Source: Minisyncoccota bacterium (GTDB taxonomy: Bacteria > Patescibacteriota > Minisyncoccia > Phycocordibacterales > Phycocordibacteraceae). From it: DNA of 64,000 nt. A model generated the notes under the pieces. The model was given only the letters and a program-made list of their open reading frames with translations. It searched no databases and was not told the origin of the DNA. The stretch spans positions 40,051-104,050 of the forward strand of contig JBAYLD010000001.1 in NCBI GenBank assembly GCA_041664265.1. Reading direction: 5' to 3'. The number at the start of each line of letters is the position of its first letter. Position 1 is the first letter of the stretch. This document shows, in pieces, positions 55,386 to 63,666 of the stretch. The translations under genes were made by a program, and so were the position numbers.

Positions 55386-55434
55386 AACTTCCTCCTTTCC
55401 TGTCAAAGAACTGTCTGCCTTCAGCGTAGCGAGC

Positions 55435-56883
55435 ATGGGGAAACGGGAAAGGAGGGACGATTTGGCGAAAGAGACAACTCTGATAGACGAGCGGCATTCG
55501 GCTTCAGGCCATAAATACCACTCTTGGCAGGCGCAATCCGGGAACAATAATGGCCGTATGGAACCCGCAAATGACCCCGAGGCCGTGACTTATTTCGCCG
55601 TTACCGACTTCCGGAATATAAGGCAGCGCTTCGGCATCAAGGAAAGGGACCGTTCGGGACATCTCTACATTCTCGGGAAAACGGGCACGGGCAAATCGAC
55701 CTTGATTCAGACCATGGCCGCCTGTGATATAGGGCGAGGGCAGGGCATGGCGCTGATCGATCCCCACGGAGATCTCGCTGAGGCGGTTTTGTCCCAAGTT
55801 CCCGAAAACAGGATAAACGACGTTATTTTTTTCAACCCTTCCGACCTGGACTACCCTATCGCCTTCAATCCCTTGGAAAAGGTCGCGCCGGACAAACATC
55901 ACTTGGTCGTGTCCGGACTCATCTCGGTATTCAAAAAGATATGGAGCGACTTTTGGGGGCCCCGTACGGAGCACCTACTGAGGAACTCCATTCTAGCCCT
56001 TCTGGAGCAACCTGAGGGCACCCTTCTGGATATTCCCTTGCTCCTGACGGACAGAGATTTTCGAGGTCGGGTGTTAGGGAGGGTGACGGACCGGAGCGTG
56101 CGGAACTTCTGGCTCCTGGAATTTGAAGGATACGGCCTGCGGCTCAGGTCAGAAGCCACGGCGCCCATATTGAATAAGATCGGGCAATTCCTGGCCACGC
56201 CCCTGGTCCGCAACATCGTCGGGCAGCCCAGGAGTTCCTTTGACCTTCGCCAAATCATGGACGAGGGGAAGATACTCATTGCCGATTTAGCCAAGGGCCG
56301 GATCGGCGACGACAACTGTTCGCTGCTCGGCTCTCTCCTGGTTACCAAGCTCCAACTGGCGGCCTTAAGCCGGGCCGATATACCGGAAGAGAGTCGGCGG
56401 CCATTTCACCTGTTCATTGACGAAATCCAGAGCTTCCTGACCATGAGTTTTACCGATATTCTGTCAGAGGCCCGCAAATACAAGCTCTATCTGACTATGA
56501 GCCACCAATATATCGGACAGCTCGACGAGCGGATCAGGGCGGCCATTTTCGGCAACGTGGGCACGGTCATATCTTTTCGCGTGGGCGCCGAAGACGCGAA
56601 ATACCTCGCGAGAGAATTTTATCCCACATTCGATGAAACGGACCTGGTGAATATCCCCAACCATCATATCTATCTCAAGATGATGATTGACGGGCAAACC
56701 TCTAAGGCGTTCAGTGCCGTGACCATGCCGCCGGCAGGGAGGACGGCCTCTCATAAAGATGAGATTCTGGCCCTCTCCAGGGCAAGTTTCGGCACGCCCC
56801 GAGCGACGGTAGAGCGACAGATACTCCTTGCTCAAAAGCAAGACGACAGGACACCCGTGCCGAAACAGTCATCCTTCTTTTGA
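55435..56883 (+). CDS. P-loop ATPase of the TraD/VirD4/TrwB coupling-protein or HerA-FtsK type, with no TM segment (ICE remnant)
   Basis: Walker A 'ILGKTGTGKSTL', Walker B 'FHLFIDEIQSF'. About 480 aa. Confidence 0.4.
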   Translation: MGKRERRDDLAKETTLIDERHSASGHKYHSWQAQSGNNNGRMEPANDPEAVTYFAVTDFRNIRQRFGIKERDRSGHLYILGKTGTGKSTLIQTMAACDIGRGQGMALIDPHGDLAEAVLSQVPENRINDVIFFNPSDLDYPIAFNPLEKVAPDKHHLVVSGLISVFKKIWSDFWGPRTEHLLRNSILALLEQPEGTLLDIPLLLTDRDFRGRVLGRVTDRSVRNFWLLEFEGYGLRLRSEATAPILNKIGQFLATPLVRNIVGQPRSSFDLRQIMDEGKILIADLAKGRIGDDNCSLLGSLLVTKLQLAALSRADIPEESRRPFHLFIDEIQSFLTMSFTDILSEARKYKLYLTMSHQYIGQLDERIRAAIFGNVGTVISFRVGAEDAKYLAREFYPTFDETDLVNIPNHHIYLKMMIDGQTSKAFSAVTMPPAGRTASHKDEILALSRASFGTPRATVERQILLAQKQDDRTPVPKQSSFF

Positions 56884-56966
56884 GGGAGGAGCCGGTTAAA
56901 AGATGCCTGCTAAACTCTTTTTTTATACTCCCCACTTGTTGTTCGATAACGGCTTTCAATGAACGA

Positions 56967-58391
56967 TCAAAACTGCCCTTGTTTGAAGCCACCAGGGCCG
57001 AGTGATGCAGTAACGGTATTATTGCTGGCATCAAAGAAGACCTGAATCATCTTTAGTCCTCCGTCATACCAGATGTAGACGATGTAAGGGCTAATATACA
57101 TAGTTTGACTCGGAAGGTATTGGCATCCCATCGTCTGGTTCACTTGTTGAAGGGTCATTCCAATGGCAATGGCATTGTAATTTGCTAAGGTGAAATTACT
57201 TTGGCTGCACGTAGGAGCAATATGTGTACTGCCCGCCACCACAAAATTCGTACCAGTAATATTTGCTCCGCTCACCGTTACGCTTCTACTGGTTGGTGTG
57301 AAGGTGTACCCTGTCAGGGATGGTGTCACCATATAGTCGCCGTTTGCAATATTTGAGAAACTGTAATTTCCGTTTGCGTCAGTGGTTTTGGAATTAGTTG
57401 TGCTGCCGCTCAATACAATCGTCACGCCCGACAGTGCAGCTCCACTCACTGCACCGGAGATGCTGTATGTCGGTGTAACGCCTGTGGAGCCTCCTGATGA
57501 GCCGCTGCAAATGATAGCGGAAAGAGACCCGTCCGAAGCCAGCGTCTGCAAAGCGGTATTCCCAAAGCTTGCCGTGTAAGTCACAATTTCGTTTTTTAAA
57601 TCCGTAGCCATGCTGGCAACAGCATAGGTCGCTGTTCCAGTCACTGTGGCGCTGCCATTCTTTCCGTCTATCACACCATCCTTATAATCATCCGCAAGTT
57701 GCTTGGTAATAGCCAGTGCCGGGCTAGTTAATATTGACGCTCCACCTGTCGCTTTTGCCATTTTTGCCAATGCGGCAAGCTTCGCCGCGTATTTGGAGGG
57801 ATTGCTCGTATCAAGAGCGCCACTTGTTGTGTTTTGGCTTATTAGCTGAGGTGGAGTAGTGATGTCGGTGATCTCGCTCGCCAGCGCCTGCCGAATGGCT
57901 TCATTGGCTGTCTGGATAGCCGTCGTAGTCAATAAAGTAGTTGAGCCCGCAAGGGCTTCTGCACGTTGCAGTGCAATTTCCGTGAGCGCCGTAACACCCA
58001 CTTGAGCTTTGATGCTGTCCAGCGCCACACGCAGCTTTTCTCCAGCCCCGAATGCTGTGTTGGTACCTAAAGCCTCGTCGAAATAAGTCGCAGTGGCATT
58101 GCCTGCAACCTCTACGATTACTGGACCGCTATAGTCAGGAAAGATGAGCGTCGCCTTACCGCTATTATCTGTTTTGACCGTGTTGCCTAGTTGCGTACCG
58201 TCGAGCTTGGTTGCTTTCACGTCAGCACCGTTGATCAGCCCCAAAGACGGCGTGACGACCATAGAGGAATTGGATGCAGGCGGAGCTGCACTAATACCAC
58301 TTGACGAACCGCCACCTCCGCCACATGCGATCAGGCTGATCAGCAGCCAACCCAGAAATGACGTTACCCAGAACAATCTCTTGTTTTCCAC
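56967..58391 (-). CDS. Surface lipoprotein with Cna-B/CarboxypepD_reg-like beta-sandwich repeats
   Basis: Lipobox 'LISLIAC' then a Gly/Ser linker. 'DANGNYSFSNIANGDYMVTPSLTGYTFTP'. Confidence 0.45.
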   Translation of the reverse strand: MENKRLFWVTSFLGWLLISLIACGGGGGSSSGISAAPPASNSSMVVTPSLGLINGADVKATKLDGTQLGNTVKTDNSGKATLIFPDYSGPVIVEVAGNATATYFDEALGTNTAFGAGEKLRVALDSIKAQVGVTALTEIALQRAEALAGSTTLLTTTAIQTANEAIRQALASEITDITTPPQLISQNTTSGALDTSNPSKYAAKLAALAKMAKATGGASILTSPALAITKQLADDYKDGVIDGKNGSATVTGTATYAVASMATDLKNEIVTYTASFGNTALQTLASDGSLSAIICSGSSGGSTGVTPTYSISGAVSGAALSGVTIVLSGSTTNSKTTDANGNYSFSNIANGDYMVTPSLTGYTFTPTSRSVTVSGANITGTNFVVAGSTHIAPTCSQSNFTLANYNAIAIGMTLQQVNQTMGCQYLPSQTMYISPYIVYIWYDGGLKMIQVFFDASNNTVTASLGPGGFKQGQF

Positions 58392-58495
58392 TGGAACACC
58401 TCCTTGAATGCCTGCCTATTTGCAGTTAACCGCTCTTTCTGAACACCAGGCGGTTTGGACAATATTGCTTCTGCGCCTTATGATCGAAAATAGCT

Positions 58496-58511
58496 CCTCT
58501 TTACAAAGAGG
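58496..58511. repeat. Near-perfect 16-bp palindrome cctcttt-ac-aaagagg just 3' of the small serine recombinase gene; a related copy (ctcttt-gt-aaagg) lies at 59303-59316, 5' of it
   Basis: Read directly. The central dinucleotides AC and GT are reverse complements. Confidence 0.4.
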
Positions 58512-58521
58512 CGCTGAGCGC

Positions 58522-59274
58522 CTAAATCATGATTAAATCTTGGTTTTGCCCCCTGACCTCCCCGTAAGTAATAAGCCCCTTTCGGTAAAGGTGTTCCCGG
58601 CCCAAGATCGCGCTTACTTGCCTTTGTGTCCAGGATTTACCATTCCTTCTCAGGTAGCCGCACTCATTTAGAAAGGCGGCGATTTCCCCGGCGCCTTTAT
58701 TTTGCGCATGCAGAGAAAATATGTGTTTTACAACGTCCGCTTCCTGGGGATTCTTCTTTATCTCCCGGCCGTACCTCGTATATCCATAAGGCAACGTCCC
58801 ACCGGCCATCAAGCCTTTTCTTATCCGCTCTTCCCTTCCCTTTTTCAACCGTTCAATGATTTCTTTCCGATTTTCCTCGGCAATGGCAGCCTTGATCTGC
58901 CGTATGAGGACGTCTTTCCTGTTATTACCGTCATAATTTGGCATATCTCCTATGAATATTTTCACCCCGAGATTCTGAAAATCATAGATTAAATTCTCCG
59001 TAAACCGCAGGTTTCTCGATAGGCGATCGAGAGACGAAACAACGACCGCCCCAATCTTACCCGCCTTGCAATCACGGACCAGCCGGCGTAGTTGGTTCCG
59101 GCGTTCCGATGCTCCGCTCTGCGCTTCATCAATGTAATAATCCTCGACGGGCAAGCCGAAAACTTCCGCGTATCGTTCAATATCCCTTCTCTGAATATCA
59201 ATCCCATAGCCTTTCTTTTTTTGTTCCAGGGTGCTTACCCGGCAGTAGGCAGCCACAATTTTCCTTTTCTCCAT
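58522..59274 (-). CDS. Small serine recombinase (resolvase/invertase family)
   Basis: 'VAAYCRVSTLEQ' catalytic Ser, 'VVSSLDRLSRN', C-terminal recombinase/HTH region. 250 aa. Confidence 0.85.
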   Translation of the reverse strand: MEKRKIVAAYCRVSTLEQKKKGYGIDIQRRDIERYAEVFGLPVEDYYIDEAQSGASERRNQLRRLVRDCKAGKIGAVVVSSLDRLSRNLRFTENLIYDFQNLGVKIFIGDMPNYDGNNRKDVLIRQIKAAIAEENRKEIIERLKKGREERIRKGLMAGGTLPYGYTRYGREIKKNPQEADVVKHIFSLHAQNKGAGEIAAFLNECGYLRRNGKSWTQRQVSAILGREHLYRKGLITYGEVRGQNQDLIMI

Positions 59275-59567
59275 GCAATCCGACAGTTAGCCGATTATCG
59301 CAGCTTCTCTTTGTAAAGGGGAACCGAAGGTTAAAGACCTATATTGCTATGGGGCAAGGATGTCAAGCAAAATGTCAAGCCAAAATTGAGCATCATTTGC
59401 CAAATATTTCGACCTTGGTAACCATCCCATCGTCGAAAACTTTGCCAAAACTTCTAACTGCTTTATTAAAAAACTTAAAACCCACGTTTAAAATTCATTT
59501 CATCCTTATAAATGCGACTGTTTTAGACTACATTCCCTCAACTTTACAAAGTTGCATAGAGGGGCTA

Positions 59568-59813
59568 ATGGTTCATTCTTTTCGGTCCGATGAACTACAG
59601 AAAATTGTCTCAGAGGCCGTCGAATATTTTCTAAAAGGTCCCATTGAATCTTTCCCGACCTTCAAACCATTCATAGGTGGGGGCGTATACACCCTTTATT
59701 ACATGGGCGACTTCCCTATTTACAGCAATATCAAAGTAGCGGAGGTTAAGCCGGGCTCCGTTCCTATTTACATGGGAAAATCAATCCAAGCGGCTGGCGA
59801 ACGGCAAGAATAA
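59568..59813 (+). CDS. Hypothetical small protein
   Basis: ORF only. Internal Met of a longer ORF (59109-59813) that overlaps the recombinase on the opposite strand. Confidence 0.2.
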   Translation: MVHSFRSDELQKIVSEAVEYFLKGPIESFPTFKPFIGGGVYTLYYMGDFPIYSNIKVAEVKPGSVPIYMGKSIQAAGERQE

Positions 59814-59946
59814 GCACAACCTCCAAGAAAGGTCTTTATGGTCGAATCAATGAACACTATAGAAATGTTGTCGCCGCTGAAAATCTATCCCAAAGATTTC
59901 AAGTTTGGAAAGTCAATGCTATCTTCATTTGCTCCTTAAAGTCGTG

Positions 59947-59975
59947 ATAAAATTTCCTTGACATGAAAGACTGCT
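59947..59975 (+). promoter_or_regulatory. Candidate promoter TTGACA-17-TATCCT upstream of the ubiquitin-like operon
   Basis: -35 at 59947-59952 and -10 at 59970-59975, about 170 nt before the first gene. Confidence 0.3.
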
Positions 59976-60146
59976 TTCCGTATCCTCAACCCATGCAAAA
60001 GTAAGCTCTTATCAATGTGGCTCCTCGGGCAGCGCATAAAACAATTCACACCCTGAAAAGGGCTTTGGAGCATTCCCGCCATCTTGTTAGGCAAGTGGAC
60101 GCGCATGCGTGATTACCAAGCTTCCGGGAATCGGTAAGGTATAGGT

Positions 60147-60443
60147 ATGGCAATGACAAACCAAGACGCAGCAACAGCGAGCAAGGCTAAACCTGGCGAC
60201 AACAACGAAAAGTATTTCTATTTCGTGGACGGGGAAAAGTTTGACTCCGAGAATGAATTTACCACGGGTGCGATTATCAAGTCCCGGCTGGCGGAAGCAA
60301 AGCGTAGCTATGCGTTGTTCCTCGAGGGCCACGACAACGATCCCGACACATTGATCGGCGATGACACCAGCATCGACCTGGGAAAAGAAAAAGGCCCGAA
60401 GCGATTTTACACCGTTCCACCCGCCAGTTTTGGCAGCCCATGA
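60147..60443 (+). CDS. Multiubiquitin-domain (bacterial Ubl, beta-grasp) protein
   Basis: 'KYFYFVDGEKFDSENEFTTGAIIKSRL...YALFLEGHDNDPDTLIGDDTSIDLGKEKGPKRFYTVPPASFG' fits the Multiubiquitin-family pattern. First gene of the operon. Confidence 0.5.
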   Translation: MAMTNQDAATASKAKPGDNNEKYFYFVDGEKFDSENEFTTGAIIKSRLAEAKRSYALFLEGHDNDPDTLIGDDTSIDLGKEKGPKRFYTVPPASFGSP

Positions 60444-60817
60444 CTCCTGTCGAAGAGCAGTTCGAGATTCTTCGAGGTTATGAAAATGGTGCCGTCCTAC
60501 AAAAGTTACCGGACGGTTCTCATCTGATCACCATCGGAGGAGTCAAACTCCCTTCCGGCTGGTCCAAGGCGTTTGTTGGCGTTAAATTCCTCGCTCCTGT
60601 CGGCTATCCTTTCTCCAAGCCCGACTGCTTCTGGACAGACCCAGATTTGCGCTTGGCCAATGGTAACCCCCCAATGAACACAGGCTCAAACCCTATACCT
60701 CACGTCAATTCTGGAGGTCTGTGGTTCTCGTGGCACGTGGCATCGTGGAATCCCAATTTTGACAATCTCCTAACGTACTGGTACGTCATTAAACGGAGGC
60801 TCTGTGATCCCCGATGA
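60440..60817 (+). CDS. E2-like (UBC-fold) ubiquitin-conjugating enzyme homolog (Prok-E2 type)
   Basis: 'PVGYPFSKPDCFW' parallels the eukaryotic E2 'YPFKPP' core. Overlapping start/stop with its neighbours. Confidence 0.45.
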   Translation: MTPVEEQFEILRGYENGAVLQKLPDGSHLITIGGVKLPSGWSKAFVGVKFLAPVGYPFSKPDCFWTDPDLRLANGNPPMNTGSNPIPHVNSGGLWFSWHVASWNPNFDNLLTYWYVIKRRLCDPR

Positions 60818-62139
60818 GCCGACTCGTCCTCACATCTGACTTCCTCGCCAGTTTGAGAGGAAATCTCCTCAAGCACGAGGAGGAGACCTGCGCCATTCTC
60901 TATGGTCGCCCCGTAGAAATCTCTGGCCGATTGGCCCGCATCGTGGTTCACGAGTCCACCTACCCGCAGGCAGAGGCCTACAACGCTCGCACGTCCATCC
61001 GCGCACAACTCAAGCCTGAGTTTGTCTCCGAAGCAGTTCAGCGTGCGCGGCGCAACGGTGAATCGGTCATTTTTGTTCATTCGCACCCATTTCCCTTCAA
61101 CCAATTTTCGGAGACCGACGACGCAGGCGAGCGGGAGTTGGTGCCTTTTCTGAGTGGTCGCATCCCTGATGTCCCGCATGCAGCGATGCTGCTTACCCCC
61201 GAAACAAGCATTGCTCGTGAGATCGGCACAAAGAAACCGCTTCGCGTGGTTGGGGTTGGTGAGAACATCATTTGGGGAGAAGCTGCTGGAGGTGAAAAGC
61301 CGGCCGAACGCTACGATCGGCAAATCAGAGCATTCGGCACCGCTGGGCAGGATGTGCTCAGATCAATTTGTGTTGCTATTGTCGGATTGGGCGGCACTGG
61401 CTCGGTAGTTCTCCAAGAATTGATGTATCTCGGCGTACGTGACTTCATCCTGCTCGATCCTGACACCGTTGAAGAAACGAACCTCAACCGCCTCGTTGGC
61501 ACAGTTCCCTCCGACATCGGGAAGGCTAAAGTTGATGTTGCGGAAAAATGGGCAAAGCGAATCAATCGAACGCTTCGCATTGGCGCGAGAAAAGAAAGTG
61601 CCCTCAAAGCCGATGTCGCGAGGTCTCTGGCGGAGGCCGATTTTCTGTTTTGCTGTACAGATTCCCACGGCAGTCGCGCCGTTTTGAACCAGTTTGCGTA
61701 TCAGTATCTCGTACCGGCAATTGATATGGGCGTGGTGATCGCGACAGCCAAGGGACGAGTCACCCATGTTGCCGGCCGCACACAAATGCTTGCTCCCGGA
61801 CTTGCCTGCATGGCGTGCGGAAATCTCTTGGATGCAGAACGGGTGCGCCGGGATCTAATGACTGATTTTGAAAGACAGCAGGACCCATATATTGTCGGTC
61901 AACCGGAACCGGCTCCAGCCGTCATCTCTCTGAACAGTACCGTGGCATCGCTCGCGGTAACGATGTTCCTCAACGCCACGGTCGGCATTCCCGGCTCCGC
62001 ACGATTTCTCAATTACAACGGTATGACCGGAACCTGCCGCCCAGTTCTGAGCATCCCACACCCTTCATGCATTGTTTGCTCGCCCCGCGGTGCGATAGCT
62101 CGCGGCGACGAGTGGCCGCTACCCGCGCGACAGGACTGA
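60814..62139 (+). CDS. JAB/MPN deubiquitinase-like domain fused to an E1-like ThiF/MoeB adenylyltransferase
   Basis: N-terminal JAMM 'IFVHSHPF...S..D'. C-terminal 'RQIRAFGTAGQDVLRSICVAIVGLGGTGSVVLQELMYLGV', 'LLDPDTVEETNLNRL', 'CMAC'. Confidence 0.75.
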   Translation: MSRLVLTSDFLASLRGNLLKHEEETCAILYGRPVEISGRLARIVVHESTYPQAEAYNARTSIRAQLKPEFVSEAVQRARRNGESVIFVHSHPFPFNQFSETDDAGERELVPFLSGRIPDVPHAAMLLTPETSIAREIGTKKPLRVVGVGENIIWGEAAGGEKPAERYDRQIRAFGTAGQDVLRSICVAIVGLGGTGSVVLQELMYLGVRDFILLDPDTVEETNLNRLVGTVPSDIGKAKVDVAEKWAKRINRTLRIGARKESALKADVARSLAEADFLFCCTDSHGSRAVLNQFAYQYLVPAIDMGVVIATAKGRVTHVAGRTQMLAPGLACMACGNLLDAERVRRDLMTDFERQQDPYIVGQPEPAPAVISLNSTVASLAVTMFLNATVGIPGSARFLNYNGMTGTCRPVLSIPHPSCIVCSPRGAIARGDEWPLPARQD

Positions 62140-62142
62140 CCT

Positions 62143-63666
62143 GTGCATCCAGAACGTAAAACCGTACTCCAAATCGGCTCCGCCACAGTTGAAGAGGAAT
62201 TCTTCCATAAACTTCAAAAACATTTTATTGAACATGGACTTCGTCTGACCCCTTCCGCCCTGACTCAGATCCCGAGTGAGGCAAATTCGGCGTGCGGCAT
62301 TCTGATTGCCGAAATGTCCGGCAAGATTGGTTTTATACGATCGTGCTTCGAGACGTTGAGCGACACCGCAGAGGATTCAGGGCTAGCGTTTGCCGTTCTC
62401 GTTCCCACCTCGGATGGGCTTGGCGTGGTGGAGCGGCTTATTTGCGAGTTACGCATGGAATCGCGGGCCACCGTTAGCCTCACCGAGGATGCAGGGAACG
62501 CTGCCGAATATCTCGCCCGCTGGACTCCGGGACCGCCCTTAGGTAAACCGACGGTTCTCCCGCCAGGTTTCGGCCTGCCGCCTCGAACGGAGCTGCTACT
62601 TCAAAGGTCATTCCATGACTGCGATCGAATTTACCTGCAGCCACTCAGTGGCGGGCGAGACGCGTCGGGCGTTTTTTGCGTCCATGCCTGGCTTAGGAAA
62701 TCGATCGTTGGGCCGAGACCCTTGCCATTCTTCATCAAGTTCTCTACGCCGGACAAAATAAAAGGGGAGCGATCTAACTATGAGGACTATGCCGACTTTT
62801 ATATCCCCTTTTATCTCAGGCCCAACATCGTTCCTATGCGATGTGCTCAGGTCAAGGATTTGGCCTCTCTTGTGGGCAATTTTGTGGAGGGCGCGATACC
62901 GCTAAGGGCCGCACTCCGGGCGTGCCAGAGCCCTGGAATTATCTTCTCACTTTTTGAGATCAGCTTGAGGGGATTTAGATCCCAGCCAGCCAGCGGGCCA
63001 ACTGCGAGTTGGGATGAGCCATTGGAAGCCTTCGTGCGCGAACGTGTCCGGGCGGCAGAGGTTGAGGCGGATACTGTTGATCTCGCCCGGTCCTCCTTCG
63101 GTTTGAAGTTCACGCCGATAGAAATCGAAAATCGCCTATGTGCTGCCATTGGACCAGTCAAACGAAACTTCAGCCCATACCATGGCGATCTGCATACTGG
63201 AAACATCATGGTTCGTGGTAGGGATGCCATCCTAATTGATTTCAGCGCCGTTAAGAAGGGGCCACTCACCGCCGATCCCGCCACCTTGGAAGCAAGCCTT
63301 GTTTTCGGAACCGACGCTGAGGACGATAGCGCTGAGTTTGAGGAATGGAAGAAAGCTGTGGATGTGATTTACGACGGTGTTCTAATCCACGAACCACCCT
63401 CTCTCGGAACCGGTCCAGGTCCCTTCGCTTGGCTTTACATGGCGCTCCGGGAAATTCGGCACGTCCTACTCGGATGCGATTGCAAACAGGAGGAAGCTGC
63501 GGAGGTGCTCGCAGCGTACCTGCTTCGTTTTGGGCGTCTGCCCGCCGACAAATTTGAGGATAAGACGCTTTCGGAACTGGCACGTTCAAGACGTGCGTAC
63601 GCCTTGGTGGTAGCCGAGAGAATCGTGGACTCGCTGGTTGCAAAGAAAGGAACAGCAGCGACGTGA
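62143..63666 (+). CDS. Protein with C-terminal protein-kinase-like/APH-fold domain; last complete gene of the ubiquitin-like operon
   Basis: Catalytic-loop-like 'HGDLHTGNIM' followed by 'ILIDFSAV' (DFG-like). Confidence 0.4.
   Translation: MHPERKTVLQIGSATVEEEFFHKLQKHFIEHGLRLTPSALTQIPSEANSACGILIAEMSGKIGFIRSCFETLSDTAEDSGLAFAVLVPTSDGLGVVERLICELRMESRATVSLTEDAGNAAEYLARWTPGPPLGKPTVLPPGFGLPPRTELLLQRSFHDCDRIYLQPLSGGRDASGVFCVHAWLRKSIVGPRPLPFFIKFSTPDKIKGERSNYEDYADFYIPFYLRPNIVPMRCAQVKDLASLVGNFVEGAIPLRAALRACQSPGIIFSLFEISLRGFRSQPASGPTASWDEPLEAFVRERVRAAEVEADTVDLARSSFGLKFTPIEIENRLCAAIGPVKRNFSPYHGDLHTGNIMVRGRDAILIDFSAVKKGPLTADPATLEASLVFGTDAEDDSAEFEEWKKAVDVIYDGVLIHEPPSLGTGPGPFAWLYMALREIRHVLLGCDCKQEEAAEVLAAYLLRFGRLPADKFEDKTLSELARSRRAYALVVAERIVDSLVAKKGTAAT

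Larger units (their letters stand above)
43105..59320. mobile_element. Composite integrated element at tRNA-Leu. Carries a tyrosine integrase and excisionase, an AT-rich cargo block with an unknown 5-gene operon and a RiPP cluster, ICE-like remnants and a small serine recombinase. Right boundary uncertain; it may include the ubiquitin-like operon.
   Basis: The integrase starts 17 nt after the tRNA-Leu 3' end. There is a sharp drop in GC at about 44.7-52.4 kb, mobile-element gene content (RadC, DUF932-like, Cas4-like nuclease, TraD-like ATPase) and two recombinases. Confidence 0.45.

Noticed and set aside
59109-59813. 234-aa ORF overlapping the N-terminal half of the small serine recombinase on the opposite strand
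   Set aside because: The overlap with a high-confidence recombinase makes the 5' two-thirds implausible. Only the non-overlapping 3' part (59568-59813) is retained as a low-confidence hypothetical.
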